Shown here: positions 15,001 to 26,500 of the stretch, one piece after another | Position numbering within the stretch: position 1 is the first letter of the stretch | Layout: each line of letters starts with the position of its first letter | NCBI GenBank assembly: GCA_000934665.2 | Contig: JYFJ02000197.1 | Span: forward strand, 186,001 to 248,428 | Source: Catajapyx aquilonaris | Taxonomy: Eukaryota | Reading direction: 5' to 3' | Length of the DNA stretch: 62,428 nt | Program-made: the position numbers and the translations under genes | The notes under the pieces: generated by a model | Database searches by the model: none | Told to the model about the DNA's origin: nothing | The model's input: the letters and a program-made list of their open reading frames with translations, nothing else

Positions 15001-18000
15001 CAAAAATTATTAACCAGATACCTCCTTTTTAGCTTTAGTTTCAGCTAATGGAACGAGTGTTGGGATAGTGTCTATAGGTTTAATTCAGCGAATTAGAGCA
15101 TAGATACATTCTGTAGACTATTCCTTCTTTAAAAATTGAACAGTGCAGCACAAAAAAATTGGCGTACTTTCGACTGCGAAAAACTCAAAAATTTAAAAGT
15201 TGCGGTGTAGTCATTTTCGTTACTGCAGTTGAAATTTAGGGCTACTGCAATGTGGCGAGAAATATGTGCATGGTACACCCGTTTTGCTGAGGCATTTCCA
15301 CGCAAACGGTTCCCGATCATATCACATTTTACGATTTTCGGTCTGGAGGAAAAAAAAAAAATCATGGAGATTGTATACGCCAAGTATTAACTTGCGTAAA
15401 CATATGTGACATTTATGGTAATACATCTAGCTGGCGGTGATAAAAGTCCTGCATCTTGGAAAATCCTACCGTGTTTAAGAAAACTTGGAGTATAAATCAC
15501 AGTAAGATGTCGTTTCCGCCACGACAAAATGGGCTTTCCTTTATAAACGGATGGAACGTAAACTAGTCCAAAAGTCTGATTTTTGGGAGAGGCGGAGGGA
15601 AATGTAGTGTAATTCCTCTTGGTACACCATCATTCACTGGGAGAGGTCATCAACATGGATGAAAACAAATCCGCAAACTAGAAGCCTGGAATCAATTAAC
15701 GCACTCGCAATGTTGTAATTACTTCCTCCTGTGTATGGATTACATGCATTCATATTCATGGTCGCATGCAAATTTTCCCCCTGCAAACGTATCTGCAATT
15801 ACCGTTCGTCACGACTGATTGGCAAAAATGATTAAGACAAATAAACTTCCATGGTTAAACAGGGTGTGAGAAACTTCTTGCCGTAAAAAAATTACGTGAC
15901 GAGCTAAATTTTGCGCTATTAAATCGTAAATCATGCTGCTGTCGTGATAGCTCATTTAATGGTAATTTTGAAACCTGTTTATCGCCGAATATTTTTAACA
16001 GCCTGCTATGACTTAATTAGAGGATTAATGCATTACAAATAATCAAATCTTCATAGAAACGACCTGACATCATTTGCATGGATAATATCGCTCTGGTTGC
16101 TAATATCATTATTTTTGAATCGGATGCTCTGTCATGTTTCGTTCGGTTTTTGCAAATAAATTTGCCGAGCATCATGCCGCAATAATTAACACAAACCGTC
16201 CTGCAAATATTAATGGTCGTCTTTGATTACATCGAGTAAAGGTGATACATCTGTTAGTTGATCTCCAGAGGTATTGTCCCTTTAACTTTGGAATCAACGT
16301 GAGGAAAAATTAGTCAATAAAATCTGCATTAGCAAAAAAGTGACCACAAGTAGTTTCACACTCTATGGCAATAATGTGATTAAATTACAGTCCAGCCATA
16401 CAAATGACGATGAGTGATTAGGGCAGAGTTGGACGTATGGTATCGCACATTTCACACATCCTGATCACGTCTAGCTCCCCGTATTACCTGGCCGGCTTAT
16501 CTCGCGGGTAAATTATCCGGAAAAGGTGACGTAGTGAAGCCCAAGTTCCGCTTCGACTCGTATCAGAAGGCGTGAGAAGCCTAATTTTCCGATAAGCGGT
16601 ATTAATCATCTGAGGCTGTCGGGGCTTTTCGAAGGCCCTCCAAAATTGGGCCCGGTGGATTCTAGACCACCTGAGATATACTCTTTAATCCTGCGCAAAA
16701 TTATTCATAGCACGATGAAATATTATGTCATTAGCTGGTATTAAAATTATTACAACAGTAGGCTGTAAATTTGCAATATAAATTTTTCACAGATTGTCAA
16801 TTTGACTGCTTTCAGCGTATACACTGTTGTCGTACCTCTTTATTAATTTATAAAAAGCCTTGCTTTTATCATAAGGCAAAGGACACTTGACCTTATTTGG
16901 CCCACGCCTTCGTCTATATCGTATTTCTCCCTCTAATATCACCAGGTTTACAGTCCTTCGCTATTGGGTGGCAAGCCATAAACGGAGATAAAACAATGCC
17001 CTTCCTTTCTCAAGACCCAGAATGCCTGGCTGTTAGGTGATATTACTAATTAGGTTTAAGTGCTGTACGTCCATTTCTTCCCCTCTGATAACTAAGCCTC
17101 ACTATTAACAAATTGCTAGGCTGCATTGCTTATACACATATTTTGATGAAAAAAAAGCATAACCCCGTGAAATTTCCTTTGGGCCATAGAGTTAGCTGTC
17201 GAATAGACGGCAGCCTCCGGATATTTCCTCCGCAAAATGCCTTCTGGATTACAAACCCTTTGAAAGTAGCTGAGCCACGATGCAATTCCAGCCATTTTGA
17301 TCCATTTGGGGTGGGCGAGAAAGCAACATCTGGTCCAGACGTTTCATATCCACCAGCAGTGTACAGTACGGAGCAGCAGACGGCTCTGATGTGAAAGGGA
17401 AACGCGTACCTAGCTAGCTAGCTAAAGCTATAGCCTAACTGCAGAATGAATTATTCCGGGCGTATGTTTGCCCCCGAAAAGGGTCACTTGGTTTGCCAGC
17501 AAGAGCAAAGCAAACTGAGTAAATGTCGCAGCAAAAGTAAACTCCAGGACCATTAGCTTTAGCAGCAATGACACGCGCATTGCTGTGGAAAATCAACACT
17601 TTTCAATCACACCCCCTTTCAAAAAAAAAAAAAAGTCCAACCCATCAACGCTAGGAAAGCTCTTCAGATAATTCAGAGGATTGGATGTAATAACCCAAAG
17701 GGCTGCTCGTTGGTGTTATTACTTTTTCAGGGATGGGGAGTGTATATTCCAAAACACTTGTCTGACAAAGAATGTGGCCTCAAATCGCTTTAAACTCTAG
17801 TTCGTTGAGTGAACGTGACGGACGACTCAAAAGAAATGAGCATCCCCCCATACCATGGATGCCCCCATCTTTTTCCCCTTGCTCGCATGAAAATTTCCGC
17901 ATTTTCTGACTCTCCCTTTCTCTCTCTTTCATCCCCCCACCAAAGACGAGGCATGTAACCAAATGAGCTGTCACTCACGTCAATCCCCCCCACGTTTGTG

Positions 18001-21000
18001 AAGAAGGTAATTTATCCGGCCATACCCGGCGCTGCATAAAATATACGAGTAATATAGTGTGTTATAAAATAAGGACAAGAACTAGGGTCGTCAAATAGCT
18101 GGATGTGAGAGGAAATATTCAGAAATCACACGGTTGGAACGTGGGGGGTTTTCAAAGAATGATGTGGAATGCGGCAATAATATACAGGGTGTGTCGTAAT
18201 GACTCTTACAATATTATGGAGTCAAGTCATCAGAGGAGCCTCGACAGTGGTGTACTGTAATTAATAAATTGGCGAATATCTATTAAATCAAAATATATAA
18301 AGTTGGAAATTACATTGTAAAACATATGTAATTACAGTATTTCAAATTTATAATTCAAAAATTAATATTCAACAAATGATGCGGAAGTTGCAGGATATTT
18401 TGCACCTTCCGTCTTAATAACAAAATTGACACTTCAACCTGAAATGGTGTCTGAATCAGTCCATTGTAATCGTACTTTCTTTTATGAGCATCGCTTTTAA
18501 AACCACAATATTAAATGCGAGCGGAATTTTTACAAGTCGAGACTCCTAAATTTTGGATGAAATTATTCCGGACTGAATCTGTAATCTTGTAAAACAGCTG
18601 TTAAAATTCAAACCACGGCTCTTCTTTTGTTACTGGAGCAGGGGTCTTTTTACCCGTGATTCACTACTTTTGTATCCGTGGGAATCGTTCCTGAAATTGG
18701 ACCAAACTCGTGAGTCATTTATCGGAGTCATTAGGAAACGCTAAAAAGTACTTCCGAAGGATAAGTATCCTGGAACGTGAGGTATCTCACTGATGATGTC
18801 GACCCTTCTCTTCTCTTGTGTGTATATGTGTCCAATCAACAGCTGGAAGGGGCAAAGGTTCTATCATGACTCATGTCACCCAGACAGCTGTGCTCATCAC
18901 TTTAGTGCCCTCCATTCGTGAATAAGTGGGCAATTTCCAGGAGCCATGTCAGAAATCCGCAAGACGCGGAACGATTCGTAATTACAGGCTGGTAAGTTCA
19001 TATATAGCGCGGACAAAAATTCAATCATGAGGTGTTGGCGATGATAATGATGGTCTTGTGATGAATCGTAATTGAGAGCTCGTCAGTTCCCCTCCAAGAG
19101 ATGCTTTCATCTCATCTTGACATCGGCAACGAAGCCAATTGGACAAACTCACTCCCGGCGCCCTTTTGCAAAAGAGATTTGACTACTGTACAGTGTACAT
19201 TCATTCGGACCAATCATGGCAGTAAAAAGGCCCGTTGGATGATTCCATCGCTGTTCCTGTGAAAGGTTGCGCCATGAACTGGACTGCCGGCAGCGATAAC
19301 CAATTTCAAACGTCTGGCTTGTCTCCGGATATTTTTTTTGCAAATGAGCAAATCCGGCACGTTCGCCAGTGATAAATGAGCATTTGGTCAACTAACGTGT
19401 GTACTGCCTAACACGTGTATGAATTTTTTTGTCACGCCTTTGCCTGCTGCGTGCAAAGTTTATAATGTGCAAGTCATGCAAATAATTATTTCCTGCAAAT
19501 AAATAAACATAACATAAATTTGGCACATTGTAAGTATTAGCAGAAATAACACTGCATTAAAATGCGTCAACTATAGGAAGCACAAAAATTGTGAATAACT
19601 TTGTACTTGTTTTCAGGCTTCCGTCCTAAATTGAATAATACAGTGTTTGGCACTCCCATGAGGTGGCTTTTGTCTTCTTTCCAGGAAAATCCCTGCCTCG
19701 CCGAGATGCAATTAGCAGCAAAGTGCAGAGTACATGCTCCATGTTTTGCATTTCACTAACAAGGGCATTAAACGGGACACTTCATTATCATCGTGGTTGA
19801 ACGGCTGCCACATTTTGTCCCAACATAGAGGAAATGGGCGGGGAATTTCCAGGAATCTTTAATCTTCAATGAAGTCTCAATTTGACAGTAGCATGTCTGC
19901 TGTACTGCGCGCTCAATATTTTTCGCCTGCTTTTATTTAGGCCATTTATTATCTTGTCATGCTTATTAAGCGTCAGTCAGGAGCATTGCACAAATAACTA
20001 CCTCATACTCTACATGCAACAAAGGTTGAGAGACCTTTGCATAACATTCGCGTCTCATTCACTAGTCATCACTTAGCTTAAGTGATTTCTTGCAAAGCGC
20101 TCATTGGTATGTCCAATGATGGACTGCTCAACTTGTTGAGCCCTTAATGAAGAGTGGCAACATCATTGTGCAGGGTGTCCATGTCCTCCTATTGCCTCGG
20201 ACATAAGATAAATGGGCGCATTAAAGAAGCCAGTAGCAGAAACAGGCCAGAGGTCGGCCAAATGGGCTACCCTGGCCTTAATCACATCGGGTGATTTCTA
20301 TACAAATTCACGCTAAATATTTACTTGCCTTAGAAACACTCGTAGTCCCGAGAAATCGAGCTCTGCATTATTCTCCGTACAATTTATTGTCAGCCGAGTT
20401 CCTCGAAAACACGCCTATTATGCAGTGGGTGAGCCATATCCGCACTCTGTACTGTACAGTATTGTACAAACGTTTTACATTACGGTCTGATAGAGTGGTA
20501 TATCCCAGTGGCGAAAGCATATTCTAACATAAGCACAATCTACGCATGCTATACCGGTATTCAGCACAAACACGCTGGACTGACATTGCAAAAATTTCAA
20601 ACCATCTCAGTACACTATCACTTCCTGGGCTGGGCACAAAGGCAGCATAATAATTGTGTTACTAAAACATTGTCATTTATCAATTCTGTAACGATATACT
20701 CATGCACCAATATTTGTAACTATCGTGTTGCCTGTACTGCGCAATCAAACCACTTATCTCACCTACAGTTATCTTATCTCTCTGGGTCACAAACTATCAC
20801 CAGAGTACTTGTTCAGCGCTGTCAGTACACGCTAGTAACATTGGTAACAAAAGAAACCCTACAAGCAAACACTGTCAGGTACAAGCTCCTGTTTGAAGAG
20901 TCGCGACTACTTCGCTCTATACTTTGCGATAACGCATTGTTTGTTGTCCTATCAACAGTAAACAACACTGCTCGGGTGTGATTTGAGGTGTGTATTTATA

Positions 21001-21858
21001 ACGTGAGCTGATGAAGATTTTAGTCAAGCCGTATCTTTGCCTTCGCGAAATTGCTCAAACTTTCGCATCCAATAAACTTGGTTCCCACCCCCTCTGAAGT
21101 GGATAGACCATATTGCCAGGCAGCTTTGGTTATCGCAAATCAACACCCTCTGCGGATGTGTACGACAAGAATGCATTAACAGAGCTGAAATAATGGCTCG
21201 TGACACGTATACGAAGACACTGCAAGGATGAGCCCAAATTAGCTCGCAATAAAGTAGGCATTGTTATGGCACATTCCAGCTCACGAAAGTAGCAGGACCT
21301 AGCTCTACTTTTCTTTCTGACAGCAGGTCTGGGCTGAAGCACGCTGTTCCTTGAGGATTAAAATTAGAACATATTCAAACCCTACCTTTATATATTGGAG
21401 GGTGTTATGCAATCATGAGTCAACCCACATATCTACAAGTAGATCAAATACTTTGTCTTTTAGTCGAGTCTGCAAACGAAAGTGGGTATTGCGTTTGAAA
21501 ATAACTTCGTACAAAGAAGTGTTTGAAAATTCCACTCGAAAGGGGGTGAAATCAAAAGGAATAACTCCCAGACCCCTGTTTTCCACTCCAACGCCACTGC
21601 CTTCATCTGAATGCAAGTGGCGAGGTTTCCATCCTTTAGAAGAAGAAAAAAGGCTTTCTACTCTGGAACCAATCACCCAACAAAACGGTGAGCAAATTCT
21701 GGTCCGGAGCCCAGGCAAGCTTGGTCTCTCTTTAACGCCGCGACGTGAATAGAAAGTAGGTGGCAAATGTTTCTCCGGAGTGAATATCAAAGTGCCATTG
21801 GAAGATCGCGCTCGTTTTTATATATATTTTTTTAAATTCTGGAATTGAAATGGCTGAC

Positions 21859-22184
21859 CTGGCCATGAGTATGATTCGGTGAGCGTAGACAGGAGCCTCT
21901 TCTCTTCCCATGAGGAAGAGGACATCGGCCGAGTCTCGGTCTTCGGCCAGGCGCTGCAGGTCCTCCAGGAGCTTTGGCACTCCTGCCTGGCTCTTGTCTG
22001 TCACGTGGACGCGGCTGCCCATCACTGGTGCTGGTGCTGATGTTGCTGCTGGTGCTGCTGTTGATGATGCTGATGCTGCTGCGCTGCCACCACCACCTCC
22101 GCCTGCACCACCTCCTCTTCCTCCTGCCGTCGACGCAGCAGGTTGACGGGGATGAGGTGGTGCTGCACGCCTCCTGATGGTCAT
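21859..22184 (-). CDS. First coding exon of a BTB/POZ-domain protein; resembles the arthropod BTB-BACK-TLDc (Drosophila CG7102-like) family from memory; partial gene
   Basis: Translation contains MGSRVHVTDKSQAGVPKLLEDLQRLAEDRDSADVLFLMGREEAPVYAHRIILMAR, with the BTB N-terminal signature (L..L......ADV.F.......AHR.IL.AR). Similarity ends exactly at a phase-2 donor AG|GTCAGC (GT at 21858-21857). ATG 22184 is the first in-frame ATG after an in-frame TGA, and a second ATG lies at 22022. Candidate acceptor ttttatctgcag| puts the exon start at 22284. Confidence 0.88.
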
Positions 22185-22471
22185 TGACGGCCACAGAAGT
22201 ATGCAAGAGGAAGGATGGTCAACGCCCGGTATGCCACGGTAAGTTGAGGTACTTATTCAAAATGCCAGTGACTCTCTTGAGTTGCTGCAGATAAAATGAT
22301 CGAGTCAGAATTGCACTGCAGCACAGCACAATCGAATTGAATTGGCCACTTAGAATCTTAGATGATTGCCTAGGTCCTAGTCTGCTGGACATCGGAAGTA
22401 ACTGGGTTATGAAAAGGTGTCTAAAATATCATAAGTACACAAGTTACCCATGACAGGTTACCTCCGATGTC

Positions 22472-22889
22472 CATACAGCACTACACTGGTATTCAGGGTA
22501 GTCACGAACTCGTCGTCTGCCAAAATGATACAGGTGGTAGCGAATGAGCATGGAAGAAGCATGGTATGGGCCCGAAAGGCCGGCGACGACGTCGACGTCG
22601 ACGATGTCCATCCTGACAAGTATGGATACCCCCGTACATGCCAGCATCGCTGGTTTCCGGGGTCGGGCAATGGTGTATAGGCGGGTGTAGGAGTGCGAGC
22701 GCCTGGAACCGGCAACCAGCAATACAGGCATGTATCCATATTTGCCAGGATGGACATCGTCGATGTCAAAGTCGACATCTCCTAGACATAGCGTCGACGG
22801 CCATTTGGGCTCATGCCATGCATTTACCTTATACGCACCCGTATCATTTAGGCAGACGAATTCGTGACCACCCCGTATATGGCTGTATG
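22472..22889. repeat. Long imperfect inverted repeat (fold-back), arms 22472-22660 and 22709-22889
   Basis: The left arm matches the reverse complement of the right arm in colinear blocks. Examples: gggtagtcacgaact vs gggtggtcacgaatt; tcgtctgccaaaatgatacaggtg vs tcgtctgcctaaatgatacgggtg; tcgacgatgtccatcctgacaagtatggatac vs tcgacgatgtccatcctggcaaatatggatac; gctggtttccgg vs gctggttgccgg. Confidence 0.9.
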
Positions 22890-23465
22890 TCGCATAAAAT
22901 CGACTTTACGCGTATAGTTTGCAATGAGTGGCGCATGAATAATACGGCGATATAAACAGCAATTCCACATTCCAGTGTAGGAAGTTGTTTGTTGATATTT
23001 TGATCAAGTCGATGAACTGTGCATGGACTAATAATGTAGACAAAATAGTGATGAACAAGCTGCAATAAAGCTTTAAATATTTGCTTTTTCAGCATGAATG
23101 CCCAAGTTGGCAATAATTTATTATTGGATAATGTCCAAAGCTTTCGAAGTCCTTACTTATTGTTCGCATCATGTGTTTGTGTGGCAGTGTCGTAATAATT
23201 TATAATGACAATATGATTTACACGCATTCTACATCAATTGTAGAACTGCAATCTAGAGAATACAGACACGCCTTCCCTCATCTACTTACACACTCCCCCG
23301 AAGCTCTGCCGGTGAAGTAGGCAGGTGCCCAGAGGGTGAGGGAGAGACTTCAATGCCCTAATAGCACCCGGTCCTTCCAGCCCCCAACCAACCAACCAAC
23401 CAACCGCCTCTCTTGCACCTGTTTCAAGGACAAGACACTGGCCCTCTTCAAATAATACAACTCAC

Positions 23466-23583
23466 CTTTGCGTCTTCGTTTTCTCGGCTGAAATGTGACC
23501 TCGGGTTGGAGACTAGCGGCCTTCTTGGGCTGCCTGATGATGCTGCTGTCAGGCTCGATTGACTTCTTAACAGGCGCGTTTAC
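23466..23583 (-). other. Putative non-coding 5' UTR exon of the BTB gene
   Basis: Strong minus-strand donor AAG|GTGAGT (GT at 23465-23464). A tgttgcag acceptor-like site lies at 23584. The segment is a GC-richer island about 1.2 kb upstream of the coding exon. The 5' boundary is uncertain and could extend to about 23800. Confidence 0.4.
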
Positions 23584-26500
23584 CTGCAACACACGTCCGA
23601 TTCACAAGAGGCGAGGCCTCCATTGTTCATGGTTGCCAGCTCCGCAATAAACTGAAGAAAGTGGCATTGCTGGGGGTCAAGCAGTCTTGGAACTAGAGGC
23701 CGGTCTGGGTGGGATGGGTCGGCCACCCTTGGAAGGAAAACTGGAAGTTGAGGTGCTCTGGGCTGGAGGATGAGGCAGCACCGGTGGGTAGACGCGGCCA
23801 TTACAAATTTTCCTGTTTTAATATTTCAAATTGTCAATAACTCCCGATTTTTTTTTCATTTCCCTACCGCCCTGTAAAAAGGACACACGAAGATAAGCAT
23901 CTTCAAGTGCTCTTTTTATTACACCATATCCTTCCATTCCAAGCGAAAGGCTATTTTTGAAACTGCCGTTCTTAGTGTTAGTGGAGCTTCCCCTGGTCAA
24001 GGCCTTAAAAGGTCATGTGTCAGCGTTTAGGCTGTCAATCCTGACTAGCAAAAGCACATAAACAAGCGAGAATTCGAAAACAGAAGGAGCAGACTTCCTG
24101 AGAGATATTTTCCGAGCAAAATTTGAAGAAAGCAGAAATTATCAGGAGCAAGTTCTCAAAATCGCAGTGTTTGCTGATTATGTCCAAAGGCGCTGATCTT
24201 TTATTCATGAATGTAGGGTATAAAATCAGGAGTCCTTGGTGCGGAGAAAGGGGAGGAGGGTTGCAGGGGAAGGGTGTCGTCAGCGGTCATCATGCCTCAT
24301 TTCGCCCCCTCGTTTTCTCGTTATTTTTTTCTGGAGCAGGGTTCCAAGATATGAAAAGGTTGGGGTGAAAATAATCTAAATTTGATCTGAAATTCCCTGA
24401 TCTATATCTAATATTTGGGAGGAAAATTACGTAGGTTATTTAATTTATACTAAGTTTACAGGTAAAAAAAGCACAAGAATCCGTAAAAGCAAAAAAAAGT
24501 CAATATAAGGTAAAACATTAACAATCAACACCACAACAAGGCAGGTGAAATAAGGACGACTTCAATTAGGCAGGTGGTTTGTGCAATCAGCAGTGGGTGG
24601 ATAGGCCTACCTCAATCTTTGGAAAGTTGAGAGACTTCTGGCGTCAATGATTAGGTTGATTATAGACTCTTCTGTGGATTAGCGCAATAGCTATATAGGG
24701 TACCAGGTTGTAGTTTTTTTTAGAGTAGACCCAATTTAACCATATATCATGCCATACTTCCTACATATATGTAACCGAGTTTTTAGTTTTGACATGTAGT
24801 CTAAAATTAACTTTATAGTTTTCTAAACACCATAGCAGGACTGTTAACCGGAAAAAAACGAGCAGGCCAAAAAGTCCTAGGTTATGTGAAAATATGCAGG
24901 TTGAATGAAACGCACCCGGGGGCTGTGTTACGGCCTCTTTTGTGGCCGTGGGCGTGTTCATAAGTAGGGTTGGAGAGGTAGAGAAGTGGAGGGTGGGGAG
25001 TGGTGGTTCGCTGGAAAAGCGTTGACATGGGAAATGTCAGGACCAACTCTGTCCGCGGTCTCCACAAAAGCAGCGGGCAGTATTAGCCTCAATCTTGTCA
25101 GAAGCTGTCGCGCCCAGACAGTTAGTTTCACACTCTGGGCCTTCTCTTTTGTGCACGACCAAAAACTCCAGTGTTGTATCGCCCTCCAACCTCACACATC
25201 CCCCCATACATACCCCCTACTGGGCTTTTAGGGGAAGTGATGGCAGTTTCCAGCTACGGGCACCTAACATGTTGCCATACTGGTGACCGCAGAAAATAAT
25301 TTCCAACTGCGGTATATACGGAACAAAATTCACTTGCTGAACATTGTCGAAATTGGGTGCAACGTGCCTCCAAACTTGAATAATGGAGAAAGTGTGTAGG
25401 CAGCAGGAGAGGCAAAACCACATCGTAATATCTGGTTTCCCAGGAGGAAGTTGTTGAGCTTCTGGAAATGACAGTCATTCTTCCGCTATATTTGTTCTTC
25501 CCAAGGTGGTACTCAAACCCGCCTTTTTTCTGAATTGTCTGGAGAATAAAACCACAAGCTTGTCGCGTTGCTGCTTCAAGACACGCGTAAGGCTAGTGAC
25601 AGGGAGTGACATTTCATTTCATTGAGGGTCAAGATCTTATAAGACTAGCTGTCCGGTAACATGTGCGCATCACCTAGCTCATCGGTGACTTGGAAATGAA
25701 AGACAGAGGACTCTTGAGCTGAAGTGTAGTCCCTGCGAGAAAGTGCTTGTCACTTTCTAACTGGTAGATATTGTAATTACTGTTATGTTGTTGTTGAGAG
25801 ATTCGTCCAGGTGACAACAAGGTGTGCGGCTGAGTGCCCGTTCTAGCCATCTGTGCCTCTGAGTAAATACGTGTGTCAACAGGAAAGGTTCCAGTTAGTC
25901 CCAAAGAAAACCTATCTCGAGAGGCCCTCGAGGACTGTCTCCTTGAGAATAATGTAATGACTCGAGAGAGTTGCCAAAACCTTGTCATTCACACCAACCC
26001 TAGCATTCACGTTATATTTTAATGACTTTTAAATGTAACGTGAAATTCAGTATATAGCCAGAGGAAATGTATAGACTCGAGTCCACGAGTGAATCCTGAA
26101 TCCGAAGTGGAGATTGTAAACCTAATCGCAACTCGGCAATGGCGAACACAAGCGGAATAAACCGTAATCGGATTGACGAAACAAGTTTCCGAGGTCCACA
26201 AGTCCAATTATGGTCCAAGGAAGATAAAGGAACGGTACGAAAGACTTGGCCATTCCGACAGCGTCCGAATGCCATTTCCTAGAGAGTAACTAGAGTTGTG
26301 GGCAAATTACCCTACTCAAAAAAGGTGAACACGAATGTCGCTTCTTATTTCACAGCATCCATCCATCCTTGCATTTGCATAGCAAACGACTTAGCGGAGC
26401 CGCAACTATCAGGAAATGCCAGCGGTTTTCCCCCCCACCTTCCCCCGCCCCCTCCTTTTATCAAATCACTTCATTATGGAGCATGCATAACAATAGGGCA

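Noticed and set aside
20687..21205. Possible second solo LTR (TGTAACGA...TCGTGACA, internal AATAAA)
   Set aside because: There is no target-site duplication and only 7/8 terminal complementarity, which is too weak to call.
21732..21858. ORF continuation SAISIPEFKKIYIK... after the BTB segment
   Set aside because: It lies past the GT donor, is AT-rich and has no BTB similarity, so it is intronic.
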